This document shows positions 9,534-20,309 of a DNA stretch of 64,000 nucleotides, piece after piece. The translations under genes and the position numbers were made by a program. This DNA comes from Deltaproteobacteria bacterium (GTDB lineage Bacteria; Desulfobacterota_D; UBA1144; Nemesobacterales; CSP1-2). Under the pieces are notes generated by a model. The model ran no database searches. It saw only the letters and a program-made list of their open reading frames with translations, and was not told the DNA's origin. The stretch is taken from NCBI GenBank assembly GCA_052390235.1, contig JBQTHB010000002.1:384001-448000 (forward strand), written 5' to 3'. Position 1 is the first letter of the stretch. Each line of letters begins with the position of its first letter.

Positions 9534-10889
9534 ATGGCTGAAAAAATATTGGACAGCCTCGTTCCCGTTACTGTTCTCACCGGGTTCTTAGGCTCCGGCA
9601 AGACCACTTTGCTAAACCGAATTCTCTCGGAGAATCACGGCAGGCGCATAGCCGTTATAGAAAACGAGTTCGGCGAAATCGGCATTGACAACGAGCTTGT
9701 CATCGGCGCCGAGGAAGAGATATTCGAGATGAACAACGGTTGCATCTGTTGCACGGTGAGGGGCGACCTCATCCGCATTCTCGGCAATCTAATGAAACGC
9801 AGGGATAAATTCGACTACATAATGATAGAAACCACCGGCATGGCAGACCCCGGCCCTGTTGCTCAAACCTTCTTTATGGACGATGAGCTGAAGGCAAAGC
9901 TAAAACTCGACGCCATCGTAACCATGATAGACGCCAAGCACGTCCGCCAACACATTGACCACAGCGCCGAGGTAAAAGAGCAGATAGCTTTTGCCGATGT
10001 GATACTCATCAATAAAACCGACCTTGTGCCGCACGGGGAGCTTGACGCTCTGGAATCCCGCATAAAAAGCATGAACTCCGCCGCCCGCATTTACCGCACA
10101 AAAGACGCCGCAATTGACATGGATAAAGTCTTAAACATTGGCGGCTTCGACCTTAGCCGCGCCCTTGGGGTTGACCCTAAGTTCATGGAACCGGAGTACC
10201 CGTTTGAATGGACTGGGGCGTTTGAGCTTGACGCTGGGAGATATGAATTCTCCCTCTACAAGGGTCCCGACCCCGCTATGAGCGCGGCGCTATTTCGCGT
10301 GCCGCAGGCAACTCGCGCCGCCTTATTGGGCGCTGCCGAGCAGGCTGTCCTCGTCTTTTCATCCGATGGGCAGGGGATTTGCTCTGGCGAGAGCATAAAG
10401 CCAGCGGCGAGCCTCCTGCGGCTTGATTTATCGGCGGATAATCCCCGTTTCGGAGTGGAAATCGCCGAGAGCGGCTATTACGCCCTTTTCACCGAGCATC
10501 ACCCGGATGAATTCAAGGCGTCGCTCACCGCAGGGGGCATCGCGCTCATCCCCGCCGCATCCCGCGAGTTCAAGCCCGACCATGAACACGACGAAGAGGT
10601 TTCATCGGTCGGCATCACCACGCCCGCAGACCTCGATATGGACAAATTCAGCCAGTGGCTTCGGGGACTGCTCTCGAGTCAGGGGGCGGATATTTTTAGG
10701 ATGAAAGGTATCTTGAGCTTTAAGGGTCAGGACGAGCGTTTCGTTTTTCAGGGGGTTCATATGCTATTTGATGGACGTCCCGACCGCCCGTGGGGCGGGG
10801 AGCCGCGCAAAAACAGCCTCATATTCATCGGGAGAAACCTAGACCGCAAGGCACTCAACGAGGGGTTTAACTCATGCCTAGCAGGATAA
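9534..10889 (+). CDS. COG0523/CobW-family metallochaperone GTPase with internal insertion
   Basis: [29 protein letters not shown]-terminal FRMKG...FQGVH. Confidence 0.92.
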   Translation: MAEKILDSLVPVTVLTGFLGSGKTTLLNRILSENHGRRIAVIENEFGEIGIDNELVIGAEEEIFEMNNGCICCTVRGDLIRILGNLMKRRDKFDYIMIETTGMADPGPVAQTFFMDDELKAKLKLDAIVTMIDAKHVRQHIDHSAEVKEQIAFADVILINKTDLVPHGELDALESRIKSMNSAARIYRTKDAAIDMDKVLNIGGFDLSRALGVDPKFMEPEYPFEWTGAFELDAGRYEFSLYKGPDPAMSAALFRVPQATRAALLGAAEQAVLVFSSDGQGICSGESIKPAASLLRLDLSADNPRFGVEIAESGYYALFTEHHPDEFKASLTAGGIALIPAASREFKPDHEHDEEVSSVGITTPADLDMDKFSQWLRGLLSSQGADIFRMKGILSFKGQDERFVFQGVHMLFDGRPDRPWGGEPRKNSLIFIGRNLDRKALNEGFNSCLAG

Positions 10890-11893
10890 AAGCGCTGTCC
10901 GAGAAGTGGCGCTCTGATATTGGGGATTACGTCATCGGCCTCGCCTGGTCTCCCGACGGCGGGCTTCTCGCCGCGGCGTCCATAGGCGGAAAGATTGCCG
11001 TCTTGGGCCGCGGCACGGGATATACGCTTCACAATCTCGGCGGGCATGAGATGGGCGTTTGCTCTGTAAGCTGGAGTCCCGATGGGCTAACCCTTGCGAG
11101 CGGCGGTCAGGATGGGCGCGTAAGGCTCTGGGATATGGAAAGCGGGGCGCAGAGGCTGTCGGTGGAAGCAGGAGCGTATTGGGTGGAAGCGGTAAGCTGG
11201 AGTCCCAAGGGCGGCATTCTCGCCTCTGCCGCCGGCAGAGAGTTGAGGCTCTGGGACATGGGCGGCGCTCTTTTGGAGTCTCATAACTGCCACGATGCCA
11301 CCATCACCGACATTGCGTGGAAACCCGGCGGAGACGACGCCATTGCCGTCTCAGCGTACGGCGGCATCACGGTTCACTACCCAGGCAATCCCAGCCGGAG
11401 GCGGCATCTGAAGTGGAAAGGCTCTGCTCTCGCCCTTGCCTGGAGCCCTGATGCAAAGTTCATAGCCGCAGGGGATCAGGACTCTACCGCGCATCTGTGG
11501 TTCGAGAGAGATGGCAATCACCTGCAGATGAGCGGCTACCCTACCAAAGTGCGCGAGCTTTCCTGGAGCGCCTCAAGCCGCTATCTTGCCACAGGCGGCG
11601 GGAGCGAACCTCTGATATGGGATTGCTCCGGCAGGGGGCCGCAGGGAACAAAGCCCCTAGCCCTAAACGGACACGGGGAATTAATAACCGCTCTGGCGTT
11701 TCAGAACCGCGGCGCCGCTCTCGCCTCGGCGTGCCAGGGCGCCATTGTCCTGCTGTGGTTGCCCGGCAAAACCACTCACCCCACTGTCGCATCCCGATTG
11801 GATTTGCCCGCCTCGCAGCTCGCGTGGTCGCCCGACGATAAATATCTCGCCGTCGGAACTGAGGGCGGCGCAGTGGCGCTCCTCACCGTCTAA
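10874..11893 (+). CDS. WD40-repeat protein
   Basis: Repeated WSPDG..LA and LWD motifs; overlaps the COG0523 stop codon. Confidence 0.88.
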   Translation: MPSRIKALSEKWRSDIGDYVIGLAWSPDGGLLAAASIGGKIAVLGRGTGYTLHNLGGHEMGVCSVSWSPDGLTLASGGQDGRVRLWDMESGAQRLSVEAGAYWVEAVSWSPKGGILASAAGRELRLWDMGGALLESHNCHDATITDIAWKPGGDDAIAVSAYGGITVHYPGNPSRRRHLKWKGSALALAWSPDAKFIAAGDQDSTAHLWFERDGNHLQMSGYPTKVRELSWSASSRYLATGGGSEPLIWDCSGRGPQGTKPLALNGHGELITALAFQNRGAALASACQGAIVLLWLPGKTTHPTVASRLDLPASQLAWSPDDKYLAVGTEGGAVALLTV

Positions 11894-11913
11894 TCGGGAG
11901 GGTATTTCGTAAT

Positions 11914-12533
11914 ATGCCTAAATTCGTCCCGGCGCGGGAAAACGAAATTTACCGGCTCAATCCCCTAGACGCCGCATCCCAGAGCGGTTGGCGCATTAAA
12001 CCGGCCGAAATTAAACTCGGCTCGCAGCTCCTAGATATGCAGATTTGGCGCTGGGGACTCGACATCAAACGCCCGGAGGGAAACCTACTGCTCGAACAGG
12101 ATTCACCCGCCACAGAGCACCGGAGGGAATCCTAGCAAGCCCGATGTACGAGCGCGCCCTATCGAGCCAGACGCGCATAAAGCTCTGGGGATTCGGGCTT
12201 TTCTACGCCGATGCGGGCTTAGGAGGGGTTTTCCTTAAGCGTTATGAATTTATGCCTCGGCTAACGGAGTTCGGCGAAATTGACGAGATTTGGTCTGCCG
12301 ACAACGTTCCCAAGCCCCGACTTCCTCAAAACGCCGACGAGCGGCGCAGGGTGCGCGGGCTAACCCTTGGAGCGGTTCACTGGATTGCACATTACGAGCA
12401 GTGGGTGCGCAAGCGCTGCCGGAGCGTCTACAGGCGGGATTGCGTGAGCAGACATCCTAAATGCCCATTTCAAATGGACAATATGGCGGCGGGTTGGCTT
12501 CGTCTGGCCGGCAGCATCGCTTCCGCAGTTTAA
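11914..12533 (+). pseudogene. Hypothetical protein split by a probable 1-nt deletion near 12097-12101
   Basis: SD GGAGG + ATG 11914; first frame reads to ...EGNLLLEQ and the overlapping frame continues GFTRHR...LWGFGLF. Confidence 0.5.
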
Positions 12534-12732
12534 TGCCCGTCCGATGCCGCTTCCCATGAGACGCTCCGATAAATAAGCGACAGACTCCCTGCCTCAAAAA
12601 TGACACCTGCCGTTATTTCAACCCCCAGAAGGGCGAGCAGAAAGCTAGTCCGCATTTCCCACTCTGTGCAGACTGAATCTGCGTTAGGTACAATTCCCGC
12701 TCCTATAAATCTTCTCGGCGATAGGGGTGCAA

Positions 12733-13293
12733 ATGAAGCGGATATGTGTTTACTGTGGCTCAAGCCTCGGAGCAAAACCTGAATATGCGACCGCGGCGAG
12801 GGAGCTTGGCAGGCTTTTGGCTCAACGAAACATCGGCTTGGTCTATGGCGGAGGCGGTGTTGGGCTAATGGGCGAGGTCGCCAAAGCCGCCCTTGCCGAA
12901 GGAGGCGAGGTCATAGGGATTATCCCCAAACAACTCGCTCGAAAGGAAATCGCCTTTGATGACGTATCGAAGCTCATAGTCCTAGATACCATGCACGAGA
13001 GAAAAGCCCTGATGTCAGAGCTTGCGGACGGCTTCATTACCCTTCCCGGCGGCTTAGGCACGTTCGAGGAATTCTTCGAGACCCTCACCTGGGCGCAGCT
13101 TGAAATCCACGCAAAACCCTGCGGGCTTTTGAATGTCGCCGGCTACTTCGATGGATTAATTCACTTTCTCGATTACTCGATTTCAGAGCAGTTCATTCAC
13201 CCCAAATACCGCTCGCTCTTTATTATTGATGAAAGCCCCTGCGCGCTCTTGGACAGGTTTCTTAGCGATTCCAACAGACCCCCATCGGACTGA
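12733..13293 (+). CDS. LOG family nucleotide phosphoribohydrolase (TIGR00730-like)
   Basis: CVYCGS, MHERK, PGGLGTFEE. Confidence 0.9.
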   Translation: MKRICVYCGSSLGAKPEYATAARELGRLLAQRNIGLVYGGGGVGLMGEVAKAALAEGGEVIGIIPKQLARKEIAFDDVSKLIVLDTMHERKALMSELADGFITLPGGLGTFEEFFETLTWAQLEIHAKPCGLLNVAGYFDGLIHFLDYSISEQFIHPKYRSLFIIDESPCALLDRFLSDSNRPPSD

Positions 13294-13382
13294 GCGCTTG
13301 TCGTAATTGCCGGATTCCCGCTAGACTTGTCCCTGAGCCGCTGATTTTCACCTCCGCGCTCGATATGACTTACGGAGACCTC

Positions 13383-14570
13383 ATGAAGCAAAAGCGAATA
13401 ATTCTCTACACCGGCAAGGGCGGAGTGGGCAAAACCACAGTCGCCGCCGCCACTGCAATTCAATCTGCTAAAATGGGATATAGAACCCTAGTCATCTCGA
13501 CTGACGCCGCCCACAGCCTAAGGGATGCCTTCAGCGCCGAACTCGGACCAGAGCCTAAGGAAATCATGCCAAACCTCCACGCCCAAGAGATTGACGTCTA
13601 TTACTCGGTGGATAAGTACTGGGGCAAGCTCACGGGCTATATACAGTCGCTTTTCGGCTGGATGAAGGTTGACGAGATTCTAGCCGAGGAGTTTAGTGTT
13701 CTGCCGGGAATGGAGGAGGTCTCGTGCTTCCTGTGGGTTCATCAGCATTTTGAGAGCGGCAAATACGACGTCATCATCGTTGACAGCGCGCCTACTGGCG
13801 AGACGCTTCGCCTGCTTTCTCTGCCCGATGTTGCCCGGTGGTGGATTGTAAAAATATTCCCCATCGAGCGCAAGGTGCTGAAATTCATAAGACCCGCCGC
13901 AAAGGTCGTAACCGATATGCCTCTTCCCGCAGACGACACCTACGACGCCATCGAGAACTTATTCGGCAGGCTCGATTTGATTCATAAGGTGTTCTCGAAT
14001 CCCGACTTTACCTCCATCCGCCTCGTGCTGAACCTAGAGAACATGGTCATCCGCGAGACTCAGCGCGCCTACACGTATCTAAACCTCTACGGCTACCCTG
14101 TGGACTCGGTAGTCATCAACAAGACCGCGCCCAAGGGGATAGACCACCCCTATTTCGACGAGCTGAGAAAATCGCAGACCGCCTACAGACAGGAGGTCTC
14201 AGAACTCTTCAGCCCCATCCCAACGTTCGAGACCGAGCTTTTCCCGCAGGAAATTTTGGGCATAGGGGCGCTGGAGAGATTCGCCGAGGGCGTATTCAGC
14301 GGCAAAGACCCGACTCAGATTTTCTACCGCGGCAAACCCTACGAGATTCAAAAAGAGGGCGGAAATTACGTTCTCTCGATGAAACTGCCATTTGTCTCAA
14401 AAGACGAGGTAAAGCTCTTTCAAACCGGCGACGAGCTTGTAATCCAGATTGAAAACCAGAGGAGGTGCGTGTTCCTCCCAAAATTCGTTGCCGGACTTGC
14501 GATTAAAAAAGCGAGCCTCGAGAGCGACCTGCTGAAAATTGTGTTTGAGAAGAAGCCCGCTAAGAGGTAA
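13383..14570 (+). CDS. ArsA/GET3-family ATPase with C-terminal HSP20-like domain
   Basis: GKGGVGKTT, STDAAHSL, DSAPTG. Confidence 0.88.
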   Translation: MKQKRIILYTGKGGVGKTTVAAATAIQSAKMGYRTLVISTDAAHSLRDAFSAELGPEPKEIMPNLHAQEIDVYYSVDKYWGKLTGYIQSLFGWMKVDEILAEEFSVLPGMEEVSCFLWVHQHFESGKYDVIIVDSAPTGETLRLLSLPDVARWWIVKIFPIERKVLKFIRPAAKVVTDMPLPADDTYDAIENLFGRLDLIHKVFSNPDFTSIRLVLNLENMVIRETQRAYTYLNLYGYPVDSVVINKTAPKGIDHPYFDELRKSQTAYRQEVSELFSPIPTFETELFPQEILGIGALERFAEGVFSGKDPTQIFYRGKPYEIQKEGGNYVLSMKLPFVSKDEVKLFQTGDELVIQIENQRRCVFLPKFVAGLAIKKASLESDLLKIVFEKKPAKR

Positions 14571-14744
14571 TGCGCGGTTCCCATCCGCGGTTTGCTCGGA
14601 TTGGGCGGCGGGAATCCATTTCTCTCCATACCTAGCGGAGTCGAGGTATGAGGGGGGCTGTTCCGCACGCTCCGCCTCTGAGATTCCGAATAGGCAGAGG
14701 ACGATAAGTCGGGGTATCACGCAAAATTTGACAGGGCAGCCGAG

Positions 14745-15932
14745 CTATTCGCCGCCAAATTCCTCCCTAACTGCAAGCGCCGCAATTGTCGCCACGCGCT
14801 CTCTTATACCGTTAATATTTGCCTTGCCATCGGGGTGAGTCCTGTTCGTGAGGAGAATAATAAAACTCTCCGACGGCGGGTCAATCCAGAATGAGACCCC
14901 GCTAAAACCCGTGTGTCCGAACGATTCGAGCGAGTACAGTTTCCCCTTGGGTCTCGAATACGGCGAGAGCATATCCCACCCAAGCCCGCGAAGGGCAAAC
15001 CCCGCCTCAGGCTTATGAGCCTCCGTCATCAGGGCTACTGTCTCGGGCTTAAGAATCCGCGCTCCCTCATAGATGCCGCCGTTTAAAATCATCTGGCAGA
15101 ATATTGCCAAATCCCCCGCCGTGGAAAACACTCCTGCGTGTCCCGCAACCCCTCCGAGGTAATGCGCTCGTATGTCCTGCGCCCTGCCTCTGAGCCATTT
15201 GCCGTCCCGCATCGTCGTGGGAGCGGCGCGTTTCCGCAGCCTCCGGCTTGGAACAAATTCCGTGTCTCTCATCCCAAGCGGGGCGAATATCTCCCCTTTG
15301 GCAAATTCATCGAGGCTCCGTCCAGTGATATTTTTGACCATTTCGCCTAGTACGATATAGCCGATGCCGCTGTAGTTAAACCTCTCCCCCGGCGGGAATT
15401 CCGGCTTCAGCGAGTAAATCTGCCCAAGAGCCGCCGCCCGCCCTCTCTTGTAGGATTCGAGGTCGTCCCCCTCGGGCAGTCCCGATGTGTGAGTGAGAAT
15501 TTGGCGTATTGTAATGCCGCCTTTGCCGTTTTCAGCGAATTCGGGGATGTACTTGGCTATCCGGTCGTCGAGCGAGATGGCGTCCCTCTCGCGCAGGAGC
15601 ATAACAGATGCCGCCGCCGCTATGACCTTTGTTAGGGATGCAATATCGAAAACCGTATCGAGCGTCATAGTCTCTGCTTCTGGCAGGACTGCGCGCAGGC
15701 CAAAGGCTCTCTGATACGCGATTTTCCCTTTTCGGGCGACGAGAACGACAGCCCCGGCGCTCTCGCCGGCTTCGATGGATTTTTGCGCCTCGGCGTCAAT
15801 CCGGCTCAGGATTTTCTCGGACATACCAACGCTCTCGGGCGAGGCGGATGGCAGGGGGGCGGGTCTATTTGGGATATAGAAGTAGAAAACCGCAACGGCT
15901 GTGAGAGTCAGCAACACTAAGGCGCGCCCCAT
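14745..15932 (-). CDS. Serine hydrolase, beta-lactamase class C-like
   Basis: ASLTK, LTHTSG, FNYS, GHTGF; N-terminal membrane anchor. Confidence 0.88.
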   Translation of the reverse strand: MGRALVLLTLTAVAVFYFYIPNRPAPLPSASPESVGMSEKILSRIDAEAQKSIEAGESAGAVVLVARKGKIAYQRAFGLRAVLPEAETMTLDTVFDIASLTKVIAAAASVMLLRERDAISLDDRIAKYIPEFAENGKGGITIRQILTHTSGLPEGDDLESYKRGRAAALGQIYSLKPEFPPGERFNYSGIGYIVLGEMVKNITGRSLDEFAKGEIFAPLGMRDTEFVPSRRLRKRAAPTTMRDGKWLRGRAQDIRAHYLGGVAGHAGVFSTAGDLAIFCQMILNGGIYEGARILKPETVALMTEAHKPEAGFALRGLGWDMLSPYSRPKGKLYSLESFGHTGFSGVSFWIDPPSESFIILLTNRTHPDGKANINGIRERVATIAALAVREEFGGE

Positions 15933-16250
15933 GAAATTACTATAAGCCCTATCGGGGCTGTTTCAAAGCAATTATGAGCGATGGCAGATGAAGCCCCGCG
16001 CTAAAGGGCGCATACGCCTCTGGGCAAACCTCAGAGGAGCGTTGTCAAAAAATGGGAACAATTTTGAGATGGGCGGCGTCTAATCCCTCGAGACGCAATA
16101 GGGGGCGGCTCTGAGCCTCAATGCCGCGGGCTACTCCCCACAGCAAGCGGATTATCGTATAATCGAGTGCGTGAGGGCGCTGGCAATCCACGCCTCAACT
16201 CCCGTCTCTCGGCGGCTCGGTTCGGTATTAAATTCTCTCGGAGGTGAGTC

Positions 16251-17966
16251 GTGAAAATATCGGTTGTTATTCCGACCTATAATGAGTCCCTGAGGATTGC
16301 GCAAACGGTTGCCTGCGTGAAATCTCTCGCCGGAGATTTCGAGATTATTATCGTTGACGGTCAAAGCTCGGATGGGACGGCGCAAATTGCCCGGAGTTTA
16401 GGAGTCCGCGTAATAGAATCTGAGCGGGGCAGGGGGGAGCAGATGAACCGAGGGGCGGAGCTTGCTACGGGAGAGGTTTTGCTGTTCCTACACGCCGATA
16501 CCCGCCTCCCCTACGGGGCTTCGGCGCTTATTGAAAACGCCCTCGCCGATGGGCGCGTTGCGGGCGGATGTTTTCGCCTGAGCTTTGACGCCTCTCACCC
16601 CGGACTTCGGCTCTTCTCCTACCTGAGCCGATTCTCTTTCCCTCTGTTCCACTGCGGGGACGCCGCCTATTTCGTCCGACGAGCGGCGTTTGAAGACCTG
16701 GGGTGTTTTCGCCCCTATCCGATAATGGAGGATGTGGATTTCTGGTTCAGGATGTGGCGAGGGCATAGGACTGTGATTATTTCTAATCCCGTTGTTACCT
16801 CCGCAAGACGCTTCCTCGCACATGGGGTGATGAGAGCGCAGTCGCTAAATATTCTCCTCGTTCTGCTATATCTCATCGGCGTAAGCCCCTATCAACTAAA
16901 GAGATTCTACCCCGAGGTTCGGCAGTCTCCGCCGTTCCCTCCTGCGGGCTTTACACCTGTGGCGCAGGCGCGCTACATGGCGAGAACCCTCTGGCGCTGG
17001 GCTTATTCAAATGTCCACCTCGCCATTCAAACCTATTACGTCCTTGATTTTATGTGGATTCACAGGCTTAAGGCCGGACTCCTCGCCGATACCCACCCCT
17101 GGGCTACAGGCATCATCCCGGGCAGAGGCGGCGAAGTTGTCTGGGATAAAAATATCGTCTTTGCCACTCCCGTAAAATCCGGCGGCTGGATTGGTATTCC
17201 CCCAGACCCGGACACCGTTATTGTCTGCCGTATAGGAAAATTTCTAACCACGATGGTAAAACGCTCAATTCCCACCGACCCTGAGATACCGCAAGGCGCG
17301 GCGCGGCGAATGCCGCACGGCGTCAATTACATTCACGGCTCGATAAACTACAACGGCGGCTACATCCTCTTCAACGACTTCCAAGAGGGGATGAGCTACT
17401 TCTCGGACGATGGCTTCGTGGAGGAGTTTAAGCGTTTTGCCAAGGCTGAAAAACGCGAGCTGACCGTGGTGTTCCGCGAGAGAGCATACGACCCAGAGGA
17501 ATTCGCCTGGTTTGTAGCCTTTGTGCGCGCGCATCTGCCTTGGTACGCAAACGGCAACGGCCCCACGAAAAAGCGCGTGCTTTGGGGAACCCCTAGCCCC
17601 TATGCGGCAGTCAATCCGATAAGCGGCGCATGGGTACTGGATATGCAGCGACTCTACCGCGGCGAGATGGACAAAATAGTGAGGCCTCCGATAGCAGAGC
17701 GGTATTTTCAGGGTCAATACGGGGGAGGCAGGAGCGAATATTCGTTTATGGAGAGATTCCATGCATGGGCGATGAGCCTCATCATAGCCGCTAAAGGTTT
17801 TCAGGGGGGGCTCGTGTTCACAAAGCGCAGGAGAATTGAGCCTGAGAATTGGCGCAAATATCAAAAAACCGGCGGCGCGTGGCAGTCGAGCTATTCTGTA
17901 TCACACCCCTTCAGGCGAATAGAATCAGCCAGGGCTAGGAGGAAGAAACCCGATTCCTCATCCTGA
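16251..17966 (+). CDS. GT2 glycosyltransferase (TIGR04283-like) fused to a long unknown C-terminal domain
   Basis: VVIPTYNE, VDGQSSDGT, LFLHAD, MED, TSARRF in first ~225 aa; frame continues ~345 aa. Confidence 0.75.
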   Translation: MKISVVIPTYNESLRIAQTVACVKSLAGDFEIIIVDGQSSDGTAQIARSLGVRVIESERGRGEQMNRGAELATGEVLLFLHADTRLPYGASALIENALADGRVAGGCFRLSFDASHPGLRLFSYLSRFSFPLFHCGDAAYFVRRAAFEDLGCFRPYPIMEDVDFWFRMWRGHRTVIISNPVVTSARRFLAHGVMRAQSLNILLVLLYLIGVSPYQLKRFYPEVRQSPPFPPAGFTPVAQARYMARTLWRWAYSNVHLAIQTYYVLDFMWIHRLKAGLLADTHPWATGIIPGRGGEVVWDKNIVFATPVKSGGWIGIPPDPDTVIVCRIGKFLTTMVKRSIPTDPEIPQGAARRMPHGVNYIHGSINYNGGYILFNDFQEGMSYFSDDGFVEEFKRFAKAEKRELTVVFRERAYDPEEFAWFVAFVRAHLPWYANGNGPTKKRVLWGTPSPYAAVNPISGAWVLDMQRLYRGEMDKIVRPPIAERYFQGQYGGGRSEYSFMERFHAWAMSLIIAAKGFQGGLVFTKRRRIEPENWRKYQKTGGAWQSSYSVSHPFRRIESARARRKKPDSSS

Positions 17967-19061
17967 ACCCCGCGCGCTATGACCCGACTCGCGAGCGATG
18001 CGTGATGCAACGTATTGCGCGTCTCGCGCTATGCCGCGAATATAGGGCGATGCAAAGGTTCTGCCGAATCGAAAGCCGAGGAGATATAACCCCGGAGTCC
18101 TAGTGCTCTGCGCGCAGCAGACAATTGGGCGTCCGTCCGGGTCATAATCCAAAAGCCCTGCTAGATGCGCCCGTCCGTAGTCAAAGCCCGTTGCAAAGGC
18201 AACGAAATCAGGCTTGAGCCTGCTGCCAGAGGGGAATGTTAGAGAATCCCCTTCATACCGCGCAGGAGCGGGGAAGAGCCGAATCAGTCCCTTTTTTATT
18301 GCTGGAAGCACGCGCGTTGCGTTCATCGGCTCAGGTATTCGCCCTGCCCTCCAGCCCAAAATCCAGGAGGGAATCCTCTCTGGCAGCGAAACCCAGTAGT
18401 GAATATCAAGCCCGAAAATCGGATTTTTAAACCCCCTGAACCGAGACCTCAAGCAGATACAAGCCTCTGCGCCCTCGCCCCTAACATCGAGCCAAAGGTC
18501 TAAAACCTCGGCGGCAGAAGCCCCGCCTCCGACTACGGCGACGCTCTTTGCCCCGGCTAAATCCTCGGCTCGCGTATCAATGCTGTGCTTCCATCGGAAA
18601 CTGCACCGTTTAGAATCGAAAATATCGGGCAATTTCGGATGCCGGATGATTCCCGTCGCGTTGATTACGTGGCTTGCGGCGAGGGTTTCGGCAATATTTC
18701 CCCCTCGGACGGTTTCAACGATGAATTGAGACGAGAGGCGTATTACCTTTAAAACCTCGGTATCGGTTGTTATGCGAATCCCCTCGGCGGATATGTATTT
18801 CTCAAGCAGTCCGATGAATTCACCCATTGAGGGATAATCGGGACAATCCGAGCTAATATCCATTTCCTCAAGCCGCGAGAAGCGTTTAGGAGAGAGCAGA
18901 CGCATTTGCGGGTCAACGCGCCTGAGAGCAAAGAGCGGCTCTGCCCCCGCCTCAAGAAGCGTATATACCACGCCCCTCCTACTCAGCGCTCCCGCCGCCG
19001 CAACGCCCGCAGGACCAGCGCCGATGATTACTACGCGCTTCGGCAAGTTGCGAGTGTTCAT
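17958..19061 (-). CDS. Flavin-containing monooxygenase-like FAD/NADPH oxidoreductase
   Basis: GAGPAG, NATG, GGGASA, FATGF, PGLYLLG. Confidence 0.8.
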   Translation of the reverse strand: MNTRNLPKRVVIIGAGPAGVAAAGALSRRGVVYTLLEAGAEPLFALRRVDPQMRLLSPKRFSRLEEMDISSDCPDYPSMGEFIGLLEKYISAEGIRITTDTEVLKVIRLSSQFIVETVRGGNIAETLAASHVINATGIIRHPKLPDIFDSKRCSFRWKHSIDTRAEDLAGAKSVAVVGGGASAAEVLDLWLDVRGEGAEACICLRSRFRGFKNPIFGLDIHYWVSLPERIPSWILGWRAGRIPEPMNATRVLPAIKKGLIRLFPAPARYEGDSLTFPSGSRLKPDFVAFATGFDYGRAHLAGLLDYDPDGRPIVCCAQSTRTPGLYLLGFRFGRTFASPYIRGIARDAQYVASRIARESGHSARGSG

Positions 19062-19223
19062 CTACTTTCTCCTCCGAAATATAATCAATTATACCGTTTT
19101 CATTGGCGGGTTCGGATGTAGCGTAGGCGGGGCAGTGATTCGGCAACTCGTCCTAGAGGGAATCCATCGTTCATCTAGGCATATATTGGATATGTCATAG
19201 AATCGCCTAAAAATGGGTTAGGA

Positions 19224-20177
19224 CTAGAGGTTTTCCCTCAAAACCCGAAGGAAATTGCCGCCCATGATTTTTCTCACGCGCCCTTCGGAGTACCCTCTGT
19301 CCAGAAAATAGCGGGCGATTTTTGGAATATCGGCGACGGTCTGAATCTCTTTGGGGAAGTCCCGCGCATCTGCGCCGTCCAAATCGCTCCCGATGCCCAG
19401 GTGGTCTTCGCCGCAGAGATTTATTATATAATCCGCGTGGATAAAAATGTCCTCAAGCGCTGGACTCTCTCCTCCTTTTTTGATGAAATAGTTATATAGC
19501 ACGAGCCCTACGACCCCGCCGCGCTTCGAGACTGCCAGAATCTGCTCGTCCCGCAGGTTTCTCGGATGGTCGCAAACCGAGCGCGCGTTCGAGTGAGACG
19601 CTATCGGAGCGAGCGAGGTTTCATTTATTGCCTCCCAAAAGCCCCGCTCGTTGAGGTGCGAGAGGTCGAGCGTAATGCGCAGGCGATTCATCTCCCGAAT
19701 TAACTCCCGCCCTGCGTCGCTGAGACCGGAGTCGGTGTTGTTGCCGGATGCGTATTGGTTTCTATCATTCCACGCAAGCCCGATGATTCTCACCCCTCGC
19801 CTGTAAAATTCCCCGAGATGTTCCGGCTCGGGGATTGCGTCGGCTCCCTCCATCAGGGTCAGAAAGCCGATTTTACCGCCCCCAAAACGCGCTAGGTCGC
19901 CTACACTCCGAACTTGAAAAACGTCGTCTCCGTGGGTTTTGTAAATCTCGTCGTAGATTGCGAGCTGACTGAGGGCAACCTCAGTTGTTCTGTGAGGCTT
20001 AAACTCCGCGGGAACGTAAATCGTGTTGAACACAAGCCCAATGCCGCCTTGCTTGAGCCACGGCAGGGTTATCTGGCACGGAATTTGGGGGCTAATGAAA
20101 TCCCGACGAAAGTAGCTGAGGTGATAGGCGATGTCCTCGTGAGCGTCAACGATGAATAAATTTTTCATTCCCAGCAT
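19224..20177 (-). CDS. Membrane dipeptidase (peptidase M19)
   Basis: DAHED, MEG, DLSH, SHSN, GSDLDG. Confidence 0.88.
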   Translation of the reverse strand: MLGMKNLFIVDAHEDIAYHLSYFRRDFISPQIPCQITLPWLKQGGIGLVFNTIYVPAEFKPHRTTEVALSQLAIYDEIYKTHGDDVFQVRSVGDLARFGGGKIGFLTLMEGADAIPEPEHLGEFYRRGVRIIGLAWNDRNQYASGNNTDSGLSDAGRELIREMNRLRITLDLSHLNERGFWEAINETSLAPIASHSNARSVCDHPRNLRDEQILAVSKRGGVVGLVLYNYFIKKGGESPALEDIFIHADYIINLCGEDHLGIGSDLDGADARDFPKEIQTVADIPKIARYFLDRGYSEGRVRKIMGGNFLRVLRENL

Positions 20178-20309
20178 CCCCTAGGCGATTGAGTCCGCGC
20201 TAATATTATAGTGAATCACAAATTATCATGATGATTTGACTCTGCTTGGGCTAGATTCCCGGTGAAATACCTGCTACAGGCTCTGCCAGATGAGATGGAT
20301 TGGGATTAT

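Noticed and set aside
15960..16250. Riboswitch (GGCAAAC hairpin near 16017-16037)
   Set aside because: Only one hairpin; the remaining c-di-GMP-I consensus is not seen.
13383..19061. Arsenic resistance or arsenosugar cluster (ArsA-like ATPase, TIGR04283-like GT, monooxygenase)
   Set aside because: The ATPase is the single-domain GET3-like type, no arsR/B/C/M/S genes are present, and the genes are not co-oriented.
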